This document shows, in pieces, positions 39,079-55,065 of a stretch of 64,000 nucleotides of DNA (position 1 is its first letter; every line of letters begins with the position of its first letter). Location of the stretch: assembly GCA_002104945.1 (NCBI GenBank), contig MCFH01000027.1, positions 62,001 to 126,000 on the forward strand. The letters run 5' to 3'. Below the pieces are notes generated by a model. That model was not told the origin of the DNA, searched no databases, and saw only the letters and a list, made by a program, of their open reading frames with translations. Made by a program: the position numbers and the translations under genes. The stretch is from Piromyces finnis finn (lineage: Eukaryota; Fungi; Neocallimastigomycota).

Positions 39079-39308
39079 TTATTGTTTCTGCTTAAATATT
39101 TTATATTGAATAATAAATAAACTGATATCCTTTTTCTTTAAAAAAAACAAAACAAAGTAATAAATATAATTTTAATTTTAATAATTATAAAAACTTTTAA
39201 TAAGTGATAATCATTCTTTATCCAATTAATCATTTCCCCCTCTTTTGAATATAATATAATATAATTTAATATATATGTTTTTTTATAAGATGAATGATAT
39301 TAAGAATC

Positions 39309-40741
39309 TTATGCCCATACGCCAATTAAAGCAATTATGAATAAACCAATGTAGAATGCGAAAAGTTGAATATTTTTGCCTATAAAACTAGTATTCTTCC
39401 AATTACAAGAGGTACAATGACGAGATAAAATATTAACTAAAATATCATAGATAAGAATACCAGCTGCGATAGAATCAATGATACCTTGAAGAGTACAGTA
39501 AACTTTACTTGTTTCTTCAATAATAGAGCGAAGAATTAAACCAATGATACCACCAATTGGCATGGTTAGAGAGTATAATATAATCATAAATATAATTGAT
39601 CTAATATGTTTGAAATGTGCTTCAATAAATATAGAAGATAATGAAACACCTTCAAAGAATTGATGGAACATTAAAGCAATCATTAATATAATTAGTCCAT
39701 GTCTCTCTAAACCAAATGCTACACCAATTAGTACAGAATGGAAAGAAATACCAATTTCTAATAAATAACAAACTAATTGCTTTTCTTTTTTTTCTAATAA
39801 ATGCATAATTTCATGTTGATTAGCGACACAATCATCTGCTGGAACTAATGATACTTTATTATTCTTTTCATGCCATTCTTTACTATTCATATCAAATTCT
39901 TTTGAATTATTTTTAGACAAATTTCCTGATGAAAAATGAACGGTACTAATATCACCTTCTTCTAATTTAATAATTTCACTCTTTTCATGTTTTAATGATT
40001 TACTACTATTACAATCAGAGGTACTATGTACGTGAATGTGATCATGTTTATGATTTCCTTCAAGGAAATGACTTGCATATACTTGTACAAAATGTGTAAT
40101 AAGAATACCAACAATTGCAAAAGCACCAGCAAAGGAAGTATATTTTTCATTAAACAATGAATAGGTATATTTACTTGTTAGTAATTCATTAGCTGGTGAT
40201 AACATATGAATAAACGCAACCCCTAAAATGATACCTGTACCAAATAATTTTATGCTTCCAAAAAATATAGTATCTTCTTTAAAGAAAGGCCTTTATTATA
40301 TTTTTTTCCATTAAGAAAATTAATTAGTGACGAATTAATAAAGATTTCAATCTATTTATGGAATATTTAATATGAAAAGAGTTTTTTTTTGTACATTCAT
40401 TAATAAAAATTTTCAATACTTACTTATTTTTAAACACAATTGGAAGTATAGTACCAGTTGCTGAACAAACTAAAACAGCTAATATACCAATGATAGTTAC
40501 ATAAGAAGCATAATCTTTTTCTTCTTCTTTTTCATTATGTTCTTCATGGTCATGTTCGTCTTCATCATCATCTAAATGATCAACTAATAAATTATATTTA
40601 TATTGTTCATTATTAAGATATAATTAAATTAGTACTTATTATTGTTTATTATATATACTTTTTAAAATACTTACTTCCATGAGAAATTACTATTTGTAAT
40701 AAACAAAATAATAAAATTAAGTATTTATAAAATGATTTCAT
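39309..40741 (-). CDS. ZIP-family transporter, paralogue 2; exons 40675-40741, 40424-40583, 39309-40290
   Basis: HSVLIG and HQFFEG signatures; His-rich loop HKHDHIHVH; signal peptide MKSFYKYLILLFCLLQIVISHG followed by HLDDEDEHDHEEH; GT-AG introns in frame. Confidence 0.93.
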
Positions 40742-43626
40742 ATTTCTTTGCTATTATTTTTATTTTTAAATGGAGAATTTATTTTCTTATTTATATAATA
40801 AATTATCTATTTTATTTTTAATTTTATTCAATTCAACTATTGTATTTTAATAAAAATGAAAGAGGTTAAAAAAAAAAAAAAAAAAAAAAAAATATTTATA
40901 TATATATAATATTATTTACAATTTGTGTTTATTAAATTATTTTTTATCTATTTAAACTACATTACATTATATTATATTTTAAAATATAATAATTTTTATT
41001 GTATTACAAACAACTTTAAAAACCTTAAATTCATAATTTTTATTCTAGTATCCAATGAAATTTTAGCATCTTCATTATTGACTACATATGAAAATAATAT
41101 ATAAAAATATTAATATAATGAACAATATATTATATATAATAATATATATTATCTATTGATTATCATCATTGAATATAATATAAATATATAATAAAAAGAA
41201 CATTACAGAAATATTAATTTTATTTTTTATATTTTATATCCATAATTAGAAAAACAAATTTCATTTAATTTTCAAAAGTTTTATGGTAAGAAACTGTAGT
41301 AGTAGTTTGATGCGCTAAGGTAAATTGGTAAGTATTATTTGAATGAGATGTAGAAATATTAAACCGTTTGATGATATGTAAACATATAAAAGTATTATTT
41401 TAAGGATTGAGATCTATTTAGAGTTTAGTATTCAATGGGTTTTATAATGAACTTTAATTATACAAGATGCATATCAATCTTTATTCATTTATGTCATGTC
41501 TAAGTATATAATTTAATTTAGTTTATCGATTTATCAACCTATTCTTTTATCTTTCAATATATATTTCAGATATAACTAAGATTTCTGATGCTGTAAATAA
41601 TTATGTCTATTCATAACAAATATATATTTATAATGATATGGAAACATTAATATTAAATCTGTTTGAATGGTAATAAATATAAAAAGGTTGTGTAGATACT
41701 TTTAATATTTCTATGTTAGGTTAATGAAATAATAATATTTGTGAATAATTTTATATTTATAGAAATAAATGAACAAAAGTTTATTTAAATTTGTTATATT
41801 AAATTTTAATGCTCTTTTTTTTTTTTTATTGAAAACAATAATTCAATAATTCATCGGGACCTTTTATTCATTCTAGATTAAGCTTGATCGTAAACTTTAT
41901 TATAACGATAAATATATATTGTTTTTATAATCAATTAAATTAGAATGAGTAAAAGTGTAATATGATTATAATAAATACTAAGTTTTAAATATTGACAATT
42001 AAATTATTAAAAATTATTCTTTTTATTATTTATTCATTTTTCCTTTCTATGGAAATGAAAAGGTCTTATTAGTTTGACTATTCCTTTTTTATTGAATAAT
42101 AATAAAAAAATTCATATGTAATTTTTCCATTATAACTGATTTATTATCATAAAAGGTAAAATCTTGTCTTGTGAAATATCTTTTTCAATATATTTAAACC
42201 AATATATTACATTACATTCTAATAAAAATATCATATATATAACTTAAAAAACTTTAAATATTCTAAATTACAAATCTTAATTAAATATTAGGAAAAACTT
42301 TAATAACTTTATATTTGTAATTGTTATTAATTTTTCGTCCAATAAAATTTGTTTCTTATTTATGGTTAAGCTAATCAATTGTAAATATATAATATATATT
42401 ATAATGATATATCGTAATATAGTGACACATATAATAAAATATTTTATTAATTTCCAAAAAAGTTAAATAAATAAATAAATAAGATGAATGAATGGATAAG
42501 TAAATAAATAAAACAAATGATAGTAGATATAACGTTGACCAGGGTTTATGATTATTACAGTTATGTTAATACTTATGTTGTTATTAAGAGTTAACTTTGC
42601 TACTAAATACTAGTGTAAAATAAATACATATTGCATGTATTTATATGTGTACATTGTGACATATACATTTATTATAATATGTTTCAATAAATTTGACACA
42701 TTTTATTTATTTCACATATTCTGACAATTAATGAATTACTTAATTATATATATAAAATTTTATATTTCTATAATGAAAAGTTTATTAGAAAAAAGAAATA
42801 ATTGTTAAATATTGATAAAAAGTTTTTTTTTTTTTTTTTTATATACCATGGATTTCAATGATTGTAGAAAAAGGAAATTTAAATTAATAACAATAAACTA
42901 GATGCAAATTATTTTAATAATAAAGATAAAAGAAATTTAATTAGATTTCATTCTTATTATTTAATGTATATGATTTTAATACTATCATTATTGGATAATT
43001 ATATCTATTTATCTATTTACTATTTCTTTTTTTTTAAAAAAAATATTAATAGAATAATAACATTTATGAGATAATTCATGGTAATATTTTAAAAAATATA
43101 ATATAGATATATTTTATTTTTTAGGCATAAATATAATGATATAATGTTATAATGGATCAAATTAATTAAATACATAAACTTTTTTTTTTTTTTTTTACTT
43201 TATTTTATATTTTTTTTATTATTTTAAATGACTTATTTAAAAATGAATTAATACTGATTGAAATGATCAATCTATAATATAGTATCAATGATATATATAA
43301 ATATAATAAATATATATTTATAACAAGTTTATTATAAATATTATTAAAATATAAAAATGATTAAGAAAAATAAAAATAATACAAAAGAGAAAGATACACT
43401 AGTCCTTTGAGTAATTTGTATAATTTGACAATTTCAAACGTTTCTTTTTTTTTTTTTAAAAAAAAATATGAAAACTAAAAATAAAATATACTTTATTCTT
43501 TAATGTATTGAAAAATGATATATTATGAAAATGAAATATTCAGAATAAAAAAGTATATTAAAGGTGGTGGTGAATTTATTTTTAAAGGTTATAGATGGCT
43601 ATTTTGAATTGAATAGATGAAATAAC

Positions 43627-46485
43627 TTATCTTTTTCTTTTTAATGGGGAGGATGATGAGGCGGCTTTATCTTTAATGCTACCAAAAACAGCATCTGGTA
43701 CGGTTTTTTGTTCCAATGCAATATTTCCTTCATCATTACTTTCACCTCCTGAGTTATCATCATCATCATCATCGTCGTCCATATCAATTTCAATTTCATC
43801 TGGGTTAGCAACGGCTTCTGATTTTTGTTGAGCTGCCATATCATCTTCACTAGGTTTAGTTTGAGTAATAGTTGCTTTAACAAATTGTTTACCAAAGGCA
43901 AAGTTAGTAGTCTTAGAGGATTCACCTAAAACATTTTGTTCTAAACGTTCCATGGCGTTACCACTTTCTGGTACAGGTTCAACAGATTCAGTCGAACTAG
44001 AGGCATTGTTTGCTTTAGCAGCCATCATTTGAGCAGATATATAATGAACTTCGGTATTAAATTTAGCTTGTACAGAACGTTTGATACGGAGCATTTCTTT
44101 AAAGGTATCTTCATTACCGTATTTAACTTCAAAGTCATGCCATACCTTCCAATAATGAGCATCAGCTCTTGGATCAGCAAATTGTGTACCATAAGAGAGA
44201 ATTGCACGAGCTCTATCAATTTCACCTAATTGAGTTTCTAATTCAACAAATTCTAATGCCATTTCTTTAGCTTCTACATTTGGTAATATTTCAATGGCTC
44301 TTTGATAAATTTCACGAGTTGCTGTAACACCATAGTATGATTTTACCTTTGCAATATAAAGCTTGAATACTTCAAGACGATCTTCATCAGATACGGCTTG
44401 TGTGGCTCTATCATAAATACGCATAGCATGTCTAGTTAAACCATAGTCTTCTTCAACCTTGGCAAACATCAAGTAAATACTCTTTGCAAATTTCTCTGGA
44501 CATTTATCAATAGCTTGTTCAAAGAGATCTCTAGTTCTTTCCAATTTAGTACCTTGGTATCTTTTAATAAATTTTGTTAAATAAATATTCCAAATTTCAT
44601 AGGCTACAGGATATCCAAATTGATCAATACCTCTTTCATAAATCTTAAAACTTTCTTCAAAACATTTTTGATCTTCTAACCAGATTGCATAGTTAATAAT
44701 AATTTGTGGTGTAGCAATTTTTAATTCCATCATACGATCATATACTGCTCTGGTATTTTCTGCTGTACCAAGAGCTTCTTCTAAATCAATATAGTGAGCC
44801 CAAAGCTTCAAACTCTTGAAAAGACGAGCTTGTGGTGTTTCTGATTCGTCGGTATAACGTACACTTAATTTTTTGTAATTTGGTGGAGAGACAGCTCTTG
44901 CCATGACATCAAGGGCTCTTTCAACATTACCAATTTCTAATTCTACATCTGACCATTCACACCAAACTTCTGCTAATTCATCTACCTTTTTAAAAGGTAC
45001 TTTAGTTGCTTTTTCAAATATTGTACGGGCTGAATTGATATCATCAGCTTCTAAATACCAGTGTGCAAAACTAATCCATAGTGAACTTAATTTACCACTA
45101 GCCTTCTTTGGATCAATGGTTTTAATTCCATTAGTGTAGGTTTGTAATACCTTATTTTGATTATTACTTTTTTTCCATAATTCAACACGTTTTTCCCATT
45201 CATGAACATTATTTGGATTTTGACGTAATAACACATCATTTACAAGGAATGGACGTCTATCCATTAAGTTTTCAAATCTTGCCATTAATAAATCTAATTC
45301 AATTTCATCTTCGTTTTCTTCTTCATCATCTTCGTCATTTTCATCATCATCTTCTTCTTCATTTAATTGTTCCATTTTCATACTAATAATTTTTTCTTCG
45401 AATTGTGAATAGGCATCAAATATATAGGTGAAATCTTTTACAGTATTTACCTTTGTCATTGCTTCTTCATAAATATCTCTAGCTTTTTCAAATTCTTGCT
45501 TTAAAATCCACCATCTAGCTAAACTATTCCATAATATACCAACTTGATCTGAAAATCTTGCAATTCCAGAACGAATAATTTTTTCTACATCAAGTTGCTC
45601 AACCATTCCTATTTTATTATTTGTACCAGATGTCATTCCATTTGAATTTAAGATTAAAATATTGGAATTTAAACCAACTGTTTCTAATTCATCAGCATGA
45701 TCACATAATAATTCACAAAGTTCAATCCAGAGTTGATATGGACTTTTGCCATATTTTGAAATAAATTTTGGATTTTCCACAATACCTGATAACATTTTTA
45801 CTGCTTCTGTATATTTAGGTGGATTCATAGATAATAAAAGTTGTATATAATCTTCAGTATTACCTGCATCTAATTTAAGATATCTTCTCCATACTCTAAT
45901 TGCGGTTTCTCCACCAATTTTATTTGCAAATTGTTTATATAATTCCCATATTCGAGAATGCTGTGTAATTGGTAATGCTTTTAATGCTCTGTCAAAAGTA
46001 CGACGTGTACGTGTAGGCTTTTGTTGAAACATTAAGAATCCGCAATATGATGCCCATATAACAGGCATTTTATTTAATAAGATTAAACTTCTTTCAAAAC
46101 AATTATTAACTCTTTCCCATTCTTCATTTAATAATGATACTTTTGGAGTTCGATCTTGATATCCTTCTCTTTCTTTTTTTTTATTAACACTTTCACTTTT
46201 TTCTAATAATACTGATACTCTTAAATCTAAATATTTTTTCCAAATTTTATAACTTCCTGGTAATTCCTTCAATGCTCTTTCATATATAAAAACTTTACTT
46301 TCAAAACTATCCTCTTCCTTAAATTCAATATAACGTAACCACTTTTTTAAATTAAATGGATTTCGTATAAGATCTTCTTCAAATGGTATATCATCTGGTT
46401 TTATGAGCTTTAATTGCTTTTTAATTTCATTGATTCTATGTTGTTCTTGCTTAATTTTTAAATTATTATGTTCTTTTAATTGCAT
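43627..46485 (-). CDS. SYF1: Pre-mRNA splicing factor Syf1/XAB2 (HAT-repeat protein)
   Basis: EEDLIRNPFNLKKWLRYI, LPGSYKIWKKYL, LLRQNPNNVHEW and DTFKEMLRIKRSVQA motifs; single exon, 952 aa. Confidence 0.95.
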   Translation of the reverse strand: MQLKEHNNLKIKQEQHRINEIKKQLKLIKPDDIPFEEDLIRNPFNLKKWLRYIEFKEEDSFESKVFIYERALKELPGSYKIWKKYLDLRVSVLLEKSESVNKKKEREGYQDRTPKVSLLNEEWERVNNCFERSLILLNKMPVIWASYCGFLMFQQKPTRTRRTFDRALKALPITQHSRIWELYKQFANKIGGETAIRVWRRYLKLDAGNTEDYIQLLLSMNPPKYTEAVKMLSGIVENPKFISKYGKSPYQLWIELCELLCDHADELETVGLNSNILILNSNGMTSGTNNKIGMVEQLDVEKIIRSGIARFSDQVGILWNSLARWWILKQEFEKARDIYEEAMTKVNTVKDFTYIFDAYSQFEEKIISMKMEQLNEEEDDDENDEDDEEENEDEIELDLLMARFENLMDRRPFLVNDVLLRQNPNNVHEWEKRVELWKKSNNQNKVLQTYTNGIKTIDPKKASGKLSSLWISFAHWYLEADDINSARTIFEKATKVPFKKVDELAEVWCEWSDVELEIGNVERALDVMARAVSPPNYKKLSVRYTDESETPQARLFKSLKLWAHYIDLEEALGTAENTRAVYDRMMELKIATPQIIINYAIWLEDQKCFEESFKIYERGIDQFGYPVAYEIWNIYLTKFIKRYQGTKLERTRDLFEQAIDKCPEKFAKSIYLMFAKVEEDYGLTRHAMRIYDRATQAVSDEDRLEVFKLYIAKVKSYYGVTATREIYQRAIEILPNVEAKEMALEFVELETQLGEIDRARAILSYGTQFADPRADAHYWKVWHDFEVKYGNEDTFKEMLRIKRSVQAKFNTEVHYISAQMMAAKANNASSSTESVEPVPESGNAMERLEQNVLGESSKTTNFAFGKQFVKATITQTKPSEDDMAAQQKSEAVANPDEIEIDMDDDDDDDDNSGGESNDEGNIALEQKTVPDAVFGSIKDKAASSSSPLKRKR

Positions 46486-47102
46486 TTTATTAATAAATAT
46501 ATATAAAAACGAATAAATAATACTTCTTAATAATATATAAACATTAAATTATAAATAAATAAATAAATAAATAAATAAGATTCTTATTATTTAATGATAT
46601 TTTATTTTCTATTTTTATATATCTATAGTTTTTTTTTATTTTTTTTTTTATTAAACTATAAATTATAATGTATAGTTCATTTTTTTATTAATTTAATGTT
46701 TATTCAAATAATGATTATCATGTGTATACATAAATCTATTATATAACCACATATATATTTTTAACTAAATTGAAGTAATATACTATATTATTGTGTTTTA
46801 TAAAACTTTTGTAGTTAATACATTCTTTTTTTTTTTTTTAAGTTTTTAATAACAAAACGACTCGATAATACTTTTTAATTTATTTAATTAGTACTATAAA
46901 AACTGAACTTTTTATAATTATTACGGATATATGAAAATCATGAAAATATTTAGGTTATTTATATAGAAAAATTATAATTACATTATTATAATATAAAATT
47001 CTGTATCATATATTATTATTATATTAACAATATATGAAATCTATTTTATTTTTTTTTTAAATTTTTTTTTATTTTTTTTTTTTTCTTGGGTTAATAGCAA
47101 AG

Positions 47103-49022
<1,920 letters not shown>

Positions 49023-50547
49023 AATGTTATTAACAAATAAAAAAAAATAAATATTTAAAACTATTATTTATTATTATTAAATATATTTCAGATTAACATA
49101 GAGGAATAGACTGTGAATATTATTAATTTATTATTTTATTTATATCATTATTATAATTATTAATATTATTTAATTATTTAATGTAATTAAATATTTTATA
49201 AAAAAAAAAAAAAATAAATTATTTAATAAATAAATAATATTAGAATTTATATTAACTTTGATTTTTAATTTAATCATAATTTAATATATATCTTTTTTTT
49301 TTATATTTTTTAATATTAAATTTTTTTAATTTTTATTATACCTAAATATTTTTTCTTCTTCAGTCATAATTAAAAATAATAATAAAGAGAAATAATAGAT
49401 TTATTGCTCTTTCAATAATTAGTTTAAAATCTATTAATAATTTAAATTGAATATAAAACAATAATATTTATTATTATTACTATTATTATATCATTTATTT
49501 CTTTTATTTTTATTTTTAATAATAAACATTTATTTTATAATTTTAAAAATTAATTTTTTTTTTAATTTCTTTTTTTTTTATTTTTTTATAAATAAAGGTA
49601 ATGGAATTTTTATTATATAAATTTAAAGTGTAAAAGAAATTTTAATTTTAGTTTGTTTTTTATTTTATTTATATTTGAAATAGTAAAACACTTTGAAAGT
49701 ATACAACAAAAATTCACGTTTTCTTTATTCCTATTATTTATAAAAGTAAATCACTAAATCAAACAAAACATATTAATGGATGATTAATATTAATAAACAA
49801 GATATTTAAATAAATAATAAACTTCAATATTATTATAGTCTTTCATTTTATTCTCAATAAAAAATACATCAAAACAAAAAGAGTACATCAAATAATATAA
49901 AAAACAACAAAATAATGAAATTATTCAATCAAAAAAATTCATATATTTATTTTGATATTACTTTTGTTTAAAGAATATAGATATAGCATAATCAATACTT
50001 TATATTAATAAAACACACTTTTTTATATAGTTTTGTATCGCTTGAATTAACAATAATATTATTAATTTATAAATCCTGATTTAGATAACGAATGAAAATT
50101 ATAAATTATTGTATTCTTAACAAAAATGTTTAATCCATTTTAATAATTTTTGATAACATGATAACATATAATTGTTTGTTTTTTTAATCTATTAATTTAT
50201 AAAAGTTAATATATATATAAAATAAAAACTATATTAAATTCAAAGTCATTTAAGTTTTATGGAAGGATTTTCATCAATAATAACACACTATTATTAAAAA
50301 TTTCAAAATTTTAATTTCCTTTTTAAATATAGATCGATTTTATAAAAATAATATTAAAATCAAAAGCTTACCAATATTAATATCTTTTTTATTTATTTAT
50401 TTTTATTATTATAACAATTTCTTATTTCACATATATATATATTCAAATATCTTAATATTTATATAATAAAACATATAAACAAAAAAACTATTTAATTATT
50501 AAAAATAAATAATTTAAAAATTATTTATTCAGTAAAAAATATAGAAA

Positions 50548-53067
50548 ATGCCAATTCGTCATTTTGATTTTTATATATCTGAGAGACATCTTAATCAAAC
50601 AGCACCAATTTCCCAATTAAAGGGTGCTAAAATTGGTTTTGAAGGTCAATATTGGCTTAGAAAAATTATTAAACCTTTAAGTCATGCACGTATGCCAAAT
50701 GCAACCGAAGCAAAAACCTTAGAAAATATTACAGCTAATATTGTTGCTATGGGTGGTACTTTCCCATACAATTCATTTAAAACACTATTAGAAAAGGAAA
50801 TAAATAAAATTCGTTCACTTGATATTTATCCTTTCTTTGTTTTCAATGGTTTATCATTTTTACGTAAAGACAAGCCATTCTCTATTGATGATACTAGACC
50901 AAATAAACGTTCTTCTGGTTGGGATCATTATGAAAAAGGTAAATTAGATATGGCTCACAATACATGGAGTAGTTCAGGATCAGTTCATCAAAATGAATTT
51001 ATGAATTTAGTGTTTAAAATTTTCCAAGAAAATAATATAGAATTTATGCGTGCCCCATACTCTTCATGGGCCCAATTAGCCTATTTACAACAAAAAGGAT
51101 ATATTCAATCTGTGTATAGTGGTAGTGAAATGTTAATGTGGTGTGGTGATAATGATAATGTTATAACAAATATTGATTTTGATAAAAAAGAATTCACTTG
51201 GGTTGAAAAAATTAGAGTAATTCAAGACTTAAATTTAATGCATCCAGATCTTTTCATAGATATTTGTATGCTTGCTGGTTTTGATTGGATTTCTACTTTC
51301 CCACCTCTTCTCAGTAGTCCAAATATATCATTTACATTTAAAGGAACGGTGGATATGGTGCAACAATATAGAACTGGTTATAACGCTATTCAAGCTCATG
51401 CTGAACATCCAAATGTAAAAAAATATAACTATGAAGAAAATTTCTGTAGAATAAAGTCAATTATTTATCATAACATTATTTTAAAAGAAGATGGTACAAC
51501 TGAACCATTAAATAAAGAAACAGCTCCAAATGATCTTCATGAACTCTTCGGTCCACGTTTACCAGATGAAGTTTATTTCTATATGTGCCAAGGTATGGTA
51601 TCACCACAAGTTATTACTAATTTAGTATCAGGTATGCTTTTAGAAGGTCCACCATTATGTAATGGTGATACTATTGAATACCATGAATTCATAAAAAGCC
51701 AAAGTCTCTTAGATTTAAGAACTCAGGCTCTTAGTTTATTAACCATGGGTATGTCAAATTATATGAGAAGTCGTAAAGTTAATAGTATATTTTGGTTTGA
51801 ACCATCTACCGAGTTCCAACTTCATCATGAAAATGAACCAATTGGTGCTCGTTGGTTACCACCAAATAAGCTTGCTCAAATCAAAGATTCAAAGCAACCA
51901 GATAAAGAAAATGAAGATGCTAATCAAGAATCTAAAGAAAAAGAACAATCCAATAATGCTACAGAAACCAAGGTTAATACAACACCAGTTTACTCTCTTA
52001 CCAATAATATTGAATGGATAGAAAGCCATAAAAAGAAGGATAAGGATTTCTCTATTTCAAAAATCAATTTATCTTTCTGTTTACAAACTATTCAAAATCA
52101 ATCTCAAATACAATTAAATGTACCAACCAGCGGTCAAAATAACAATAATAAAAACTCAAAGAATTCATTTGATTTAAAGTTTATTCGTTCTGTTGATGAT
52201 ATTTACGGTTTAGTACTTTTAAGATTCTTAGAAGCAAGAGATTTCATTAAATTAAATAATAATACTAAAAGTAGTGGTTCATCCACTATTGCCATTGGCT
52301 CTTATCAAACAACAGCCTACGGTAAGGCTTTGCAAAAGGCTTTAAGTACTACTTCATCTTCTGCTAATTTACAAGAAGAAATTGTCACTGCTTTAGAATT
52401 AATTCGTATGAATGCTCTCACTGATAAGTCTTATAATAAAATTCCATATATAAAGCCAGGTACTAAGCTCACTTCACCAGTTACTTTAAGTACCCCAACC
52501 ACTCCAAAGAAAGAAGGTCAAAAAATCCAAGAACATATTAACCTTATTTCTCGTGTTGCTAGTTTACTTCATATTTCATTTAAATCTATGGTTGTCTGGA
52601 AGGGTTCACTTGATCTTGAATTATTACGTTTTAATAGTTTTATGAAGGCTGTTAATCGTAGTTTACGTAATTTATGTGAAATGCTTCTTCTTTCTATGAC
52701 TATGAATGAAAATGCTGGTAAATCCGACTCCAATTTAGAAGTTCTTAGTACTGGTATTAAATTACCATTCCTTTTAGATGCCAATACTGCCAATGGTATT
52801 ATTACCAAATCCTATTTAGATAGCCTTACAGATATTATTAATATAACTCCAGAAGTAATTCAAAAATCCACTACTTCTGTTGAAAATAAATTCCAAGAAT
52901 ACTGTGAAAATGTTAAAGGTGATATAGAAAATACCTATAAATTATGGGATAGTATTATTGAAGCTATTAAATCATTAAAATCCGACGGTGAAATAACTGA
53001 AGAATATGCTAAAGAATTCTTTGATGCAAATGAATGGTTGAAGGGAAAGAGACCATTATTCAATTAA
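50548..53067 (+). CDS. MKT1: Mkt1 (XPG/PIN-like fold, post-transcriptional regulator)
   Basis: N-terminal XPG-like region (IGFEGQYWLRKI, PFFVFNGL, FMRAPYSSWAQLAYL), LFGPRLPDEVYFY, and a C-terminal W.G.L...LL.FNS motif typical of Mkt1; single exon. Confidence 0.85.
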   Translation: MPIRHFDFYISERHLNQTAPISQLKGAKIGFEGQYWLRKIIKPLSHARMPNATEAKTLENITANIVAMGGTFPYNSFKTLLEKEINKIRSLDIYPFFVFNGLSFLRKDKPFSIDDTRPNKRSSGWDHYEKGKLDMAHNTWSSSGSVHQNEFMNLVFKIFQENNIEFMRAPYSSWAQLAYLQQKGYIQSVYSGSEMLMWCGDNDNVITNIDFDKKEFTWVEKIRVIQDLNLMHPDLFIDICMLAGFDWISTFPPLLSSPNISFTFKGTVDMVQQYRTGYNAIQAHAEHPNVKKYNYEENFCRIKSIIYHNIILKEDGTTEPLNKETAPNDLHELFGPRLPDEVYFYMCQGMVSPQVITNLVSGMLLEGPPLCNGDTIEYHEFIKSQSLLDLRTQALSLLTMGMSNYMRSRKVNSIFWFEPSTEFQLHHENEPIGARWLPPNKLAQIKDSKQPDKENEDANQESKEKEQSNNATETKVNTTPVYSLTNNIEWIESHKKKDKDFSISKINLSFCLQTIQNQSQIQLNVPTSGQNNNNKNSKNSFDLKFIRSVDDIYGLVLLRFLEARDFIKLNNNTKSSGSSTIAIGSYQTTAYGKALQKALSTTSSSANLQEEIVTALELIRMNALTDKSYNKIPYIKPGTKLTSPVTLSTPTTPKKEGQKIQEHINLISRVASLLHISFKSMVVWKGSLDLELLRFNSFMKAVNRSLRNLCEMLLLSMTMNENAGKSDSNLEVLSTGIKLPFLLDANTANGIITKSYLDSLTDIINITPEVIQKSTTSVENKFQEYCENVKGDIENTYKLWDSIIEAIKSLKSDGEITEEYAKEFFDANEWLKGKRPLFN

Positions 53068-53823
53068 ATATACATATATTCATTTTAAAATTTATATTTA
53101 CCTCTCTTTTTTTTCTCTTTCATTTATTTTTTCTACCTATAATAAACTGTTTTTTTTTTCTTTTTTTTTTTTTTTTTTTTTCATAAATTTTTTAACCTAA
53201 TAGTACAAAAATTAAATATTCAATTCTTTATATGTGTGTATAATCATAAAATGGCATATTGTTTTTTTTTTTTTTTTATTTTATTTTATTATTATTAATT
53301 ATTACATATAATAAAATTTTCATTAATAATTTTTAATTGTAACTTAATACATAATGTTAATAATATAACTAGGGTAAAAAAAAAAAAAAAAAAAAAAAGT
53401 AAATAATGAAAAAGAAAAAGAAAAATATATATTAAAAAAAAAAGTTAAAAAAAAAAAAAATAAAAAAAAAATTATAATAATAAATAAATAAATAAAAATA
53501 AATAAATAAATAAATAAAACAAATAAATAAAAAGTATGAATTATTTATGCAAATATAAACTTAATAAAAATCAATAAAATAAAAAATAAAAAAAAATACA
53601 ACAAATAATAAAACAATATTTATATTTTATTTTTTTTATTTATAAAATAGAATCATGAATATATTCTAGAGTAAAATAAATAATAATAAATTTATATTAA
53701 ATCTACACAACATAAATAAATTCCTGAAAGTCTATTTAAATAAGTTATTATTGAACAACTAACAACTAAAATAAATAAATAAATAAATATTTTATTTTTA
53801 TCAATAATTAGATTCAATTTTTA

Positions 53824-53854
<31 letters not shown>

Positions 53855-54283
53855 CCATTTTCTAATTAATATATTATAAGTTGCTATATAGAATTATAAA
53901 TCAAATATTATTATTTTTGATTTGTATTTATATCTTTGTTTCAATAGTTGATAAAAAATATAAATACTAGAATTTCTTATTATTTATTATAATAAAAATT
54001 AAGTTAATTATATAAGATAGCCTAGAAAACTTTAAATATTATAAAGTATGTTTAAGTACTATAAATATATTAACATTTTCATAAGGTTTTTTTTTTAAAA
54101 AAAAAATATATATATATATTCTTTTGTTCTTATTATAATTATCCTTTGTTTTGAAGTTATCTTCAATTTCATTCATAATCAAGAAATATTTTAACTTTAT
54201 TTCAAAATATAATACTATATTTTATTAAAAACTATACTATTATAACAATATATTGTATGATTTATTAAATACAAAGGTATAAG

Positions 54284-54321
<38 letters not shown>

Positions 54322-54538
54322 AATTATAATACATACATCAGTTATGTAAATTGGAAAAGAAAAAAAAAAATAGCATTTTAATAGTAAAAAATAATTAATT
54401 GATAATAAAAATTAATAATGAATTAATATATATAAAATATAATACCACTTCTATGAGAAATTCCTTTTATTTTCTATAAGTTTTATATTAAATAATGAAC
54501 ACCTTTTAATAATTTATATATTATAGTAAAAATTCAAT

Positions 54539-55034
54539 ATGGGGAAGGTATTATCAAAATTTGGAAAAAAAAAGGAAATGAGATTGTTAATGTTAGGTTT
54601 GGATTGCGCTGGAAAAACAAGTAATTCTTAATACATCATAAAAATAATATTGTATAACATATATTATATATTCTCAATTTTAAATATTAAATAACTTCAT
54701 ATTCTATTATTAAAACAACAACAACAACAACAATTATATAAATAATAAAGCAATCTTATATAAATTAAAAAATGGTGAAAAACCTCAATCAACTGTCCCT
54801 ACTGTAGGATTTAATGTTGAAGTAGTTCAATTTAGAAAAGTGAAATTTAATGTTTGGGTATGTATCCATAAAAATGATAATAATTATTAAATTCGATTAA
54901 TAAATTGAAATAAATATTATATTAATAATTAATAGGATGTTGGAGGTCAAGATAAAATTAGGCCATTATGGAGACATTATTATGCAGGTTCTCAAGGACT
55001 TGTTTTTATAGTCGATTCTTCAGATGATAAAAGG

Positions 55035-55065
<31 letters not shown>

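Noticed and set aside
43641-45139. Short ORFs overlapping SYF1; likewise those overlapping ZIP1, pol, MKT1 and TBC
   Set aside because: Alternative-frame or antisense by-products of real genes.
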